Assembly (NCBI GenBank): GCA_023334545.1
Contig: JAADVB010000191.1
Location: 1 to 37,138 of the forward strand
DNA: 37,138 bases
From: Salisapilia sapeloensis CBS 127946
Taxonomy: Eukaryota; Protista; Oomycota
Reading direction: 5' to 3'
The translations under genes were made by a program, and so were the position numbers. The notes under the pieces are model-generated. The model searched no databases. It saw only the letters and a list, made by a program, of their open reading frames with translations, and was not told where the DNA came from. Shown one piece after another: positions 1-9,705 of this stretch; the stretch's first letter is position 1; every line of letters starts with the position of its first letter.

Positions 1-594
1 GTAATCCAGAACGTCGTTTGCAGGTCGAAGAAGGAATGACGCTTTGCGCAAGAAGGATTTCTTTCGAACAATTTGATGCTGTTGCTTAAAGATCGACTTT
101 GTCGCGCTTCGGAACACGAGCAAAACCAATGCTTTCGCATATAGTAAGGTGACCAGTATCAAACCGATTACACTCACTACCGTGAGTTCTAGATTTGGCT
201 TTCCGATCAGCCAAAACTCTCCATCGTCATAGTTTGAAGTACCCGTCAAAATGTTGGCGGTCTCGTTCGGATAAATGTTCAGTGCGATGAGCCAAACGAC
301 CCAAAGAATAGATGTCCCGGCAAGAGCTAGAAGTGGAGGCCCATACAGTCCAAAGATACCGAAGAAAGTAAAGTTGGCTTGGCGGGTGACGACGGTTTGA
401 CTCAGTGTTTGTTGAGCGATGTTCGCGTTTGGTCCGACATTCGCCGGTAATGGTGCCACGACAGACCTTTTAATAAATGACGAATCATCTTTCAAGTTTT
501 CCGTGCTCATATAAGCGTCGGAAGCAGTATCCCTATCTGAAAATTTTCTCACATCCTCTTCAGTGTTCGCTCCATCGCCATCGTAAGCACACAT
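1..594 (-). CDS. Oomycete-type multi-pass membrane protein, 5' part (runs off the window edge; absent from the ORF track)
   Basis: My translation gives 198 open codons from ATG 594 to base 1: MCAYDGDG...FTFFGIFGLYGPPLLALAGTSILWVVWLIALNIYPNETANILTGTSNYDDGEFWLIGKPNLELTVVSVIGLILVTLLYAKALVLLVFR. It has two hydrophobic helices flanking a PNxTAN..DDGxFWL loop, which I recall from an expanded oomycete TM-protein family. There is an in-frame stop upstream of the ATG. Confidence 0.75.
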   Translation of the reverse strand, partial: MCAYDGDGANTEEDVRKFSDRDTASDAYMSTENLKDDSSFIKRSVVAPLPANVGPNANIAQQTLSQTVVTRQANFTFFGIFGLYGPPLLALAGTSILWVVWLIALNIYPNETANILTGTSNYDDGEFWLIGKPNLELTVVSVIGLILVTLLYAKALVLLVFRSATKSIFKQQHQIVRKKSFLRKASFLLRPANDVLDY

Positions 595-1194
595 ATTGGA
601 ATGCGTACTACCGCTTCGTGAGGGTTGTACGTTACTAGTTATATGAAATCAAGGCTGCTGGAAGATAGAGAGCAAATGTATCGCAGCATCTAAAATAACT
701 TTGCTTGCTCGTTTTAGAGAAACTTGAAACGATCATGAAGACAAAAGTAGGAAGCTATGATCTTGTATTGAGCGTAGTCTGAGTTGATCAAGCGACATCT
801 AACAACCACTAGGCACCGGGCGAGTTCTAACGTCGATCGTAACCAAGTATAAAGATGTCTATCTTGAGTCATCACAGATCTTTGATCCTGTTTTGATTCC
901 CATCTCTCTATATGTAGCGCAGAGTGGTGAGAATGGGAGCGATGTGCTTCCATTTGTGCTGAACGGAAGTATGGTTTATTTAAGGACACAAGCTATTGGC
1001 GGTAATCAAACATAGGAGACTAAAATGCCACTTGAAACGCGCATAGTGATTATTCTCACTATGCGCGAAATGAAAGCATACTGACGAGGGATAAATTCAT
1101 CAAAGCCTTTTGCCAAGAAATGTCAAATTTTAAAGCCCAAATTCACCTTGAATCGAGCACCATGTTTCTCTTATTATTTCGATCGCAGAGTGGT

Positions 1195-2712
1195 CTAACC
1201 GTCTTGCCGGAGTCGCAGTTCAGTCATCTTCAGCCACGCCAGCTGCCGATCGCGCTCCTGATCTTTCAGCTCTAGTTCCGAGATGCTGCTCCTCCATATA
1301 TTTTCAACCAACGTATCCAGCTCGTCTTTATCATTGAGGCCACCCTGTGCAAAAACGCCTTCATCCGAGGACCTCCGTCTGGAGTCAATGATCTGAACGT
1401 CATCATTGGACGACGTGAACTGTGCAAAGGCGCTAAATGAATCTTCGGTTGAAGGAATAAGTTGATGTGAGTCGAACCCGTAGACCTCACCGGGGCAAGA
1501 TTCTTTGCCCAACAGATCACTCGACGCTTCCTTCAACCGACGAATCCTGGATGGTTTGACGACGGTAGTCCCATTACTATCTTTTTCATATCGTCCAGCT
1601 CGGATTTCTTGTCGGGCAACTTTATACGAACTAATTTGGCTAACCAATTCGTCGCAACTTGGGCAGAGCAGAACCTTGTTCGTCATTAGCTTCAAATGTG
1701 GAGCTACTTCGATTAGCCCGATGGAAAAAGAGCATTTCCCACAAATAGTTGCTTTACACAACTTGCATGGGTAAGCTTTACACAAGCGGCCAAATCGCCT
1801 TTCGCAGAACCGACATTTGGACTTGCTAACACGCTCGTTCTTGCCAATGAAAGCCATGAATTCTTTTCGGTTCACACTTTTCCGCTGAAGGAGCCACATG
1901 AGTTTCTTCACTTTGGCACATTGAGCGGATGTCCAGTTTACCATAAGTGCACTGGCCAAGGTAACAACACCGATGGAATCGAGTAAGTTGTTTCCAAATA
2001 CTTCATAGTATGATTTGGCGAACACTTCGACTGATTCATCTGAGGTGGGCTTGAAAAGCACGCAAGACGAACCACGAGATCGTATGATGCTTCGTCCTTG
2101 AAGTGGAGGCGTGAACGGCAAGTCGACTGAATGCAGGAGGTTGTATCCAATACGCTCGTCTTTACTGACTTGAAGAATTCCAGTCGCTCGAATATACACG
2201 GCATCTCGATCTTTGACGACGCCTCGGAGAGTTGGGCTCGGACTACCTGCATGCCATTGAAGAGTTGTACAACGATATGGATGTTCGAGCGTAGGCTTCT
2301 CAATGGTTTCTAGGATTTGAGCATCCGTCACTGGTTGGCCAGAGTAAGCCACGTTTTGCAAGATTGCTGCTTCATCACCGTTCACGAGACCATATAAGAG
2401 GTCATCGATACTATTCGAGATCGTACCATTCCCCACAAGAACACGGGGCATTTGCCATCCACCGCTCCCAGTGTATGAATCTTTAACCACGCGTCGAGAC
2501 GGGTTTCGCTCGCGATACATGGTTACATTTTTGGATGTCTTGATCGGTTTCCAACGTTTGCTGTCTAATGCTCGAGGTACCGATTGATCAAACAGTTGAT
2601 AATGTCGTAGAGCTTCGTGGACGAGTATCATTGCAATACGCTTGCAGTCGGCTTTCTTTGCTTCGGAGAGAGTAAAACCTTCGTACGCGTCAGCTGTCCA
2701 CTGCATCGTCAT
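1195..2712 (-). CDS. START-like domain + FYVE-like zinc finger protein, paralogue 1 (505 aa, intronless)
   Basis: N-terminal START-like region (WKPIKTSKNVTMYRER...DRDAVYIRATG...RIGYNLLHSVDLP) followed by an 8-Cys finger (CRFC..CKLC..CGKC..CPSC). This architecture is typical of oomycetes. Confidence 0.8.
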   Translation of the reverse strand: MTMQWTADAYEGFTLSEAKKADCKRIAMILVHEALRHYQLFDQSVPRALDSKRWKPIKTSKNVTMYRERNPSRRVVKDSYTGSGGWQMPRVLVGNGTISNSIDDLLYGLVNGDEAAILQNVAYSGQPVTDAQILETIEKPTLEHPYRCTTLQWHAGSPSPTLRGVVKDRDAVYIRATGILQVSKDERIGYNLLHSVDLPFTPPLQGRSIIRSRGSSCVLFKPTSDESVEVFAKSYYEVFGNNLLDSIGVVTLASALMVNWTSAQCAKVKKLMWLLQRKSVNRKEFMAFIGKNERVSKSKCRFCERRFGRLCKAYPCKLCKATICGKCSFSIGLIEVAPHLKLMTNKVLLCPSCDELVSQISSYKVARQEIRAGRYEKDSNGTTVVKPSRIRRLKEASSDLLGKESCPGEVYGFDSHQLIPSTEDSFSAFAQFTSSNDDVQIIDSRRRSSDEGVFAQGGLNDKDELDTLVENIWRSSISELELKDQERDRQLAWLKMTELRLRQDG

Positions 2713-4225
2713 TTTCAGAGGTAGTAGGAGCGTGCTAGTTTTAAAATGGCATGGAAGTGCAGTGTCAACAGTTTAGCTGGAGACGGTACGGCGGGAATAG
2801 TGTCTGGCGTGCTTTATATACTACCCTTTCTTGCGTGTGCTTCGGCTTATGCTAGAAGTGGTAACGTACCTCGAGGAGAAGACAAGGATGTACTTGAATA
2901 TTCAGATATTTGTAACTTTGCGATTAGTCTTATTTTGCACTCGTTTGGACAACGCCTAAGCGAATGGTCTCGATAAAGACAGGAAAGTTGGAGTTCAAAT
3001 TGCTGAAGGCGATGAATTTAGGAGACGAGCAAACGGAGCCACATTGCTTCAGCCGTTTGACATTCTCTTGCTCGTTAGTCTTAAAGAACTTCATAGTCTC
3101 CGAGGGAATTATATCATATCCCACTCTCGTCAAAACTACGGTAACGCAAGTAACTATACTGCCAGAATGTTTGAAACACCTCCATCGGTCAATTTGCTTG
3201 TCCTTTGTGTATCACGATCGCCGATATGGTGGGAAGATGACGAAGCAGGTGGGCGGAGAGAAATCAACAACCAAAGTTTATTTGTATTTCCAAGGTAAAG
3301 CACTTTTATAAAGAGGGGTTCCCCTAAGATTACGAAGGTTACTCATTTAATTGATTTATCGCTAGACTCCGGCAGCTGCAACTACTGCTACGTATTTCGC
3401 TACAGTCTGAGTTTATTGTGAAGTCTGAACGACGACTGAGTAGAAAGCTACCAGGATCTGTTGCAGCATCGAGTGAAAGTACACTCGTTCGTCTTTCTAC
3501 ACGCCTCATCTCAGTGTATCCATACTGTCAACATACTGAATTTTGTGCTATGTAGCTCGAGAGGCGTTGGTCCCCAGGCACCTTTTATCGTGCACTAGAC
3601 ACATCATCCCCGGTTAAGTTTTATGGCCATTGTTGATACATCTATGGCAGGTTTGGCTTACTCCAGCTCAATTGGAGTGCTGTGGACGCGCCAAATTTGG
3701 TCTTTCAGCGGTTTGGAAGAACTCTATTACCGGTAATATGAAAGGGAGTGATGTTAGTCCTCGCATATAGTCTCATGTTCAGTATGCATAGTTCCTATTT
3801 GCTTCATTCAAGACTATTTCCTGTTTTCATCTATGCTTGGATGAGCAAATACCTCTTTAAACTATATCCATACTCAAGGACATGTCGAAAATCTACCATT
3901 TACCTCCTAAACTGGAGATGAATGTTTTTATGGTAAGCTGATGCCCAAGCACATCGTGAACATCAAATATTAGACGGAGATCAAGTCATAGCAACGATCA
4001 TGGCTATAATGTTTAGCCCTCTTGTGAATGCATCAATTAATTATGACCAATATCGTCCATGATAATCAACTAAAAGAAGAGAAGACAGTGCGGCTTGTGG
4101 CTTATGCGAGTGACAATACTCACGAATGAGCATAAGTGAAGCATTGAAAGTAAAAATTTATGGTAACAAAGCCTATGGCACATGTATAAAAGTTTTCGTT
4201 AGCTTCTACCTCAATTCTTCTCACT

Positions 4226-5752
4226 TCATCCTTTAGAGATCACATCCTCATGCCGAAGTCGCTTCTCAGCCATCTCTAGCCACGTCAACTGCCGAGCACG
4301 CTCTTCATCTTTCAAATCGACTTCTGAAATGCTACCCCTCCATACATTTTCAACTACAATTTCTACTTCTCCATCGCCTCCACTTCTCTCGAGAGGGCCT
4401 TCTTCGGAAGGCTTTCGGTTAGATTGTGAGATATGGGTTTCATCACTGGACGATGTCAGTGGGGCAATGGCGGCTACTGAACCTTCACTCGAAGGGCCAA
4501 ACTGATCTAAGTGTAGCTCATACACCTCACCAGGACAGGATTCGATACCAGACCAAGCAATTGAGTCATCTCTTAGCTGATAGATTCTAGACGGTTCAAA
4601 GATTGTCGACCCACTGCCTTCTTTTTCATATCTTCCAGCAAAAATCTCTTGTCGCGCCACTTTGTACGAGTTGACTTGATTCGTGAATTGGTCGCAAGTT
4701 GGACAGAGACGAACTTTTTTGTCCACCAGCTTTAATTCGGGGACGACATCAAGTAGCTCAATCGGAAATACGCATTTTCCGCAGACAAATGAATCACACA
4801 AAGTGCAGGTATAAGCTTTACGCAAGGTACCTAACACCTTTTTGCAGGAGCTACATTCTGACATGTTTTCAAGTTGATTCTCCCAAATGGAGCCCATGAC
4901 ATCACTGCTGTTCGCATACTTTGTCTGAAGAAGCCAGGAAAGTTTCTTTCGTTTTGCACACTGGCCGGATGCCCAGGAATCTGTAACTATGCCAGCAACC
5001 GTCATCGCAGCGATGGAGTCCAGACGGTTGTTTCCGGGTACTTCGTAATACCCCTTAATGAACACTTCTACTAACTGCTCTTCAAGGGGCTTAAAGAGGA
5101 CGCAAGAAGAAAGACGGGCTCGTAGGATGCTTCGATCTTTTAAAAGAGACGTGGATGGTAAATCGATTGAATGCATCAGATTGTACCCGATGCGCTCGCC
5201 TTTACCAACTTGAAGAACTCCAGTCGCTCGAATGTATACAGCATCTCGGTCTTTAACAACTCCTCGGAGTACCGGGCTTAGACTAACAGAATTATACTGG
5301 AGAACCGTGCAACGATATGGGTGCTCCAGAGTTGGCTTCTCAATCGTGGAGAGAATCTGAGCATCATTCACCGGTAATCCAGAGTAGCTTACATTCTGCA
5401 GAATTGCTGCTTCGTCTCCATTTGCGAGACCGAATAAGAGGTCATCCATACTATCTGCTATCGTCCCATTGCCGACGATGACTCGAGGCATTTGCCAACC
5501 AGCACTGTCAGCATCAGAGTCTTTTACAACGCGTCGAGGCGAATTGCGTTCCCGGTAGACGGTCACATTATTGGATGTCTTGATCGGTTTCCAACGCTTG
5601 CTGTCCATCCCACGAGGGACTGAATCATCGAACTTTTGGTAGTGCCGTAGAGCTTCGTGAACGAGTATCATCGCGATGCGCTTGCAATCATTTTTCTTTG
5701 CTTCGGAAAGGCAGAATGCTTTATACGCATCTGCTTTCCACTGCGTGGTCAT
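4226..5752 (-). CDS. START-like domain + FYVE-like zinc finger protein, paralogue 2 (508 aa from ATG 5752)
   Basis: Colinear with 1195..2712 (58/70 identical residues at the N-terminus by hand count). Start set at MTTQWK, which aligns with paralogue 1's MTMQWT. The 44-codon upstream extension in the ORF track has no open counterpart in paralogue 1. Confidence 0.8.
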   Translation of the reverse strand: MTTQWKADAYKAFCLSEAKKNDCKRIAMILVHEALRHYQKFDDSVPRGMDSKRWKPIKTSNNVTVYRERNSPRRVVKDSDADSAGWQMPRVIVGNGTIADSMDDLLFGLANGDEAAILQNVSYSGLPVNDAQILSTIEKPTLEHPYRCTVLQYNSVSLSPVLRGVVKDRDAVYIRATGVLQVGKGERIGYNLMHSIDLPSTSLLKDRSILRARLSSCVLFKPLEEQLVEVFIKGYYEVPGNNRLDSIAAMTVAGIVTDSWASGQCAKRKKLSWLLQTKYANSSDVMGSIWENQLENMSECSSCKKVLGTLRKAYTCTLCDSFVCGKCVFPIELLDVVPELKLVDKKVRLCPTCDQFTNQVNSYKVARQEIFAGRYEKEGSGSTIFEPSRIYQLRDDSIAWSGIESCPGEVYELHLDQFGPSSEGSVAAIAPLTSSSDETHISQSNRKPSEEGPLERSGGDGEVEIVVENVWRGSISEVDLKDEERARQLTWLEMAEKRLRHEDVISKG

Positions 5753-7667
5753 GAGTTTAAAATTAAAGCTAGCTTGCTGATTCCGAAATGACATGAAGAC
5801 GCAATGCCACTTGTATGTGTGGAGACGATACGGCGGGAATTGCTGCTTGCGTGCTTCATCTACCGCCTTCTCTATCGCATTCAATTTCCCTTATGCTAGG
5901 TACGGTAACATACCTCGGACAGAAACAAGACCTATGCAGTCAAGCGTACGAATCCTTCCAGCATCTCGATCATTATCTTATTCTGCAGCTGCTTTGGATA
6001 CATGTGAGCGCATGATGCCGATAAAACGCAAGAAATCGTGGTACAAATTTCTGTAGATGATGGATTCGGATGACGAACAAACGATATCTTCGTAGATCAG
6101 CCACTTCGTGCCTTCATCATCTTAATTTCTAGGCGTCTTTGTAACCTCCGCGGGATGAAATCAAGGGTCACTATCCTTGAAACTCCTCATGACAATTATA
6201 CTGCCAGTATAATCAGACTGCTAACGTGGATCATCCAAGCATATCAGTTGCCTTCAAAAGATCATGACCATGTAAGCGATGGGACATGACACAGTATACA
6301 TACGCAGTAGTATCCATTATCAGATACGCCATAGGCTACCGCAGAGAACGTCCCTCATAATTTACCAGTCAAATAAATATGAGATGTATATTTTGAATAG
6401 CGAATGCGGAGTTGCTGGATGAGGGGATTGGCTCAGAGTAATTTAAGTTGCCGGTGTGATTTCCCTTGAGCTGAAGTATGTGGCTTGATTCAATAAATGA
6501 AAGCATCAAATATGCTAACATGGTTATTGTTGCATCGAGAAGCGATTAACGCCTACGTCCTTGACATGCAGTCCTCCCTTTCCGATCATGATGCCATCAA
6601 ATAAATATCACTCTTTGCGAGTTTAGTTTAGAGGACGTTAGCATCGTCTTCATGTGTGATGTTTTGCTTGACGTGTCGATTGTGCTGTATTCTCCACATC
6701 ATTTCCCTATGTTCGAGCAGAAGACCGTGATTCATTGCAACACATTCCAATTTTTGTGCTTGGACAGGCCTCAGTTTTATGCTCAAAGAGTAATAAGGCA
6801 TACTTGCACTTTGAAATCCTGATGGATCCTCCAATTAATGCAGATACCAAAGCGAGAAAGCGTAATAGTAGCAATTTCCAGATTACCGGTAATCCGAAAC
6901 TTTAGAAACGTGGAAAGAAGAAAAAAGTCATCCGTCTATAAGCAAATGCTTCATACGAATCAAAATCCACTGCCTGCACATAATGGGGCGACATAGAGAT
7001 GAAAGTGTTATCGATACGTCAAGTAGAAAATCATAAATACTAATGAAGATAACATCCAACCAGCCAGCACATCTTTTTGCCTCGAACGCTTACAATACAA
7101 GGACCAATATGAAACCGAGAATTCAGGGTTGAAGCGGCAGCCATTTATCTATGTATCACTAAAATTTGATGGTATTTGAGATATCCAGTCGATGGATTAG
7201 CCTACAAATTCACACTCTAGTGAGATAGCCCAACAAGTCAAGTTGCTTCAGCTCTACCCACTCGTCCAGTAATTTGACATTTTCTAACATAAAATTATAA
7301 CACATATCTATACGACTGCTATGCAGAGCCCATCCACTTGAGAAATTGGCATCGACTCTTGTCGTCGAGACTGACCCGTTGCGTTGTAGTGGACGAATTA
7401 CTCGTATGGACCCCATTATGCAATTTATGGCTAACAAACATAGAAGCAATAATACGAAGTGCTGACTTAGCTCGAGACGAAAACTTATTGAATCGCGCAC
7501 CTCTCTTTATTTGGCAGTCCTCGATAGTCGTAGGAGGATGAAGTGATACCCACTGCCCCGTAAATCAGCGTTATTTCTGCAGTTATAAATTCTAATAAGT
7601 ACTTTTTACTGCTATCAATACAACCGAATTTTCAACACCAATCGACACAAAAGCTTTATTTGAGCTA

Positions 7668-8299
7668 ATGGAGGACGAGAGCATGACTAACAAGAGTTTT
7701 GAAGGCGATCAGCAGCCACCACGCTTTCAAGCACCACCCAAGAGTGATTGTACGTCTTAACATGATTGACTTTATACGAATGCTATCAAATCCTGCAGTC
7801 GAGCGATGATGGAAACGGATGAGACTAACGAACGAAGATAGTATTTAACAAATTGGAATCGTTTTTGCCTCGCATGGCCGAAGAAAACGCAAAGCTAGAG
7901 AAAGATGTTGCGGAAGGACATGGTGATCGCCATAACATCGATCTTGTCGAAAAAGAGGAGGAAGATGGCAAGGAGGACGCTTCTGAAGAATCGGAAACCG
8001 AGGCTCAGGATGGTGCTCCAAAGCCACCGGTTATCGAAATGGTTGTTCTATTGCATACCATTTGTATACGACTTTCTAACAAACATTTGTAGAACTTTGC
8101 GCTGAGTACGATGGATGATGAGAAGCAGGGCGCGGATAGTTCAGATGAAGAGGAAACAACTACATCCAAAGTGATCGAAGCTTCCAAGATGAATGACGAT
8201 GCGTCTGGACCGGAACAGAACCGTAAGCTTCAATTGCCATCGGACAAATCATCGAGCAACGGATCAACCTCTAGACCAGCCATCCAAGAGCTTAACTAA
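7668..8299 (+). CDS. NOPCHAP1: NOP protein chaperone 1 / C12orf45 / DUF4598 family protein (3 exons: 7668-7749, 7842-8041, 8093-8299)
   Basis: Spliced product MEDES...PPKSDLFNKLESFLPRMAEENAKLEK...HNID...VIEMNFAL...RPAIQELN* matches the family pattern S.L..+..FLP.M...N..L, IEM..AL and C-terminal P.I.EL. Both introns are GT-AG with CTAAC branch sites. Confidence 0.7.
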
Positions 8300-8580
8300 G
8301 AATCTATTTACACTCGTGAATTTTCACTCCACACTTGAACGTCTAAACTTTTCTGTATCTGCAGGACCTGCCAAAGCGATCAAAACGGTGCTCGTCAGGT
8401 ATGGTTCACTAGCGGTACAGCTCGTTCCGCTGGTACGTTCTGTTCTGTAAAACGTTTCTAACATGCAATGTTGTGAATTTTTTGATACTTGGAATTTGTA
8501 TGCTCTGCAGCGTCTTTGTGGCGATAGAGACTTTCGAGCCTCCAACGCCACACACGAAAAAACCTCTAATCCCGTGAACG

Positions 8581-8866
8581 ATGATCTACGGCTTTGTGAA
8601 GAACATGTCGGCCAAGCAGGCTGTACCGCTTGCGCTCGCTGTGAACCTCTCCCTTACGTCTACGGTGTTCTTCTACCAGAGACACAGCGGTATAATAGCA
8701 TTATCAAATCCATACAAGAACCAAGTTTACTGAATACGCTATAGGTCCGGACAATGGCGGCAAGTGCGCTGGCGAGCCGCGCACGACGTCTGCTGAGTGG
8801 GAAGCTGCGAGCGTCGAATACGGAAAGGCTCAGCACGCGAACCCGATTCGTCACTTCCGTCAATAA
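8581..8866 (+). CDS. COX4: Cytochrome c oxidase subunit IV (COX4/fungal Cox5)-like mini-protein, 76 aa (exons 8581-8689, 8745-8866)
   Basis: Spliced product MIYGFVKNMSAKQAVPLALAVNLSLTSTVFFYQRHSGPDNGGKCAGEPRTTSAEWEAASVEYGKAQHANPIRHFRQ*. It has one TM helix followed by the PxT..EW..S.EY...ANP C-terminal signature of COX4/Cox5. The intron is a 55-nt GT-AG. Not in the ORF track. Confidence 0.65.
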
Positions 8867-8940
8867 GTACTCTCAAGCTCCAAGACGTTTGCTGAAATAA
8901 AGGAAAACCAAGGTATTTCAGATACAATTAAAAACGTTTC

Positions 8941-9705
8941 CTAGGCTGCTACGCTCTGCTTCTGCTCCCATTCTTTTAATAGTGCTTGTTGTCGTTCATT
9001 CTGAACTCTTTCCTCTTCTTGCAGCAGATCTTCATCATCTTCATCGAATCCATAGTACTCGGGCGTAATGTGCTTGGATAATTGTTTCCTATCATGACAG
9101 TTACAAAGACATAATAGCAGGAAGATATGATAATATTCATACTTGGTTCGCTTCTTGGGTGGAGGTGCAGGCGTCTCGAATAGTTCACGCACGCCTGGGA
9201 GGTTTTTAGCAGCACCAAAGTACTTGTAACCGCGAGTGCCTTGTACGGCTACGCCATCGTCATCAAACATTTGACCACCGCTCTTGGTATAATCCGGTCC
9301 ACCGAGCTCATGCACTCGCTTTTCCCATGCGAATTTCTCTTTCATACGCTTATTGATGTCGTCGTTCAAGTCTCGAATCACATGCTCTCCAAGTCCAGCT
9401 AGAGTTCATGTCGTGTCAATTTATGCCTCTTGTATCCTTTTTAGTTTCATGTACCATTCTGGATGTCGGTGACTTTCTTGGAAATCTCTCGGATAATCTG
9501 TCGACGCCAACGCTCTGCTGCAGCAAGGTTGTCACACATGGAGGTATGGTACGGGCGTCGACTGCCATTAATTTCATTAGCAGTCTGCAACGTACGCTAC
9601 TATGATACAGACGAGAATGTACTTTTGGAAGGTGTCGGCAAAATCCTGCTTCATGGACGTCCATCGGTTCAATAAGGACTGCGCCTTCTCTTCATTTCGA
9701 GCCAT
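8941..9705 (-). CDS. ISY1: Pre-mRNA splicing factor ISY1 (4 exons)
   Basis: MARNEEKAQSLLNRW...RRPY...AERWRRQIIREISKKVTDIQN..GLGEHVIRDLNDDINK...WEKRVHELGGPDY...GYKYFGAAKNLPGVRELFE, reconstructed across three GT-AG introns. Confidence 0.95.

Larger units (their letters stand above)
1040..6895 (-). repeat. Old tandem duplication: unit A ~1040-3740, unit B ~4100-6895
   Basis: Besides the two CDSs, colinear non-coding matches occur at 1045-1059/4109-4123, 2778-2798/5820-5840, 2847-2873/5891-5917, ~3211-3241/~6261-6290 and 3726-3737/6882-6893. Confidence 0.75.

Noticed and set aside
1038-1100. Helitron 3' end interpretation of the 12-bp hairpin
   Set aside because: No CTRR terminus a few nt downstream on either strand, and no Rep/helicase sequence.
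2746-3311. Short + and - strand ORFs upstream of paralogue 1 and their counterparts at 5793-6056
   Set aside because: The similarity is at DNA level from the duplication. Reading frames are not conserved between copies, and no domain is recognisable.
5753-5884. 44-aa N-terminal extension of paralogue 2 in the ORF track
   Set aside because: The homologous frame in paralogue 1 is interrupted by a stop, and both proteins align from MTxQW. Treated as 5' UTR or promoter.
6628-7541. ORFs 6628..6834 and 7210..7500 (the latter with a hydrophobic N-terminus)
   Set aside because: No recognisable motif. The first lies in duplicated non-coding sequence whose homologue (~3540-3680) is not open.
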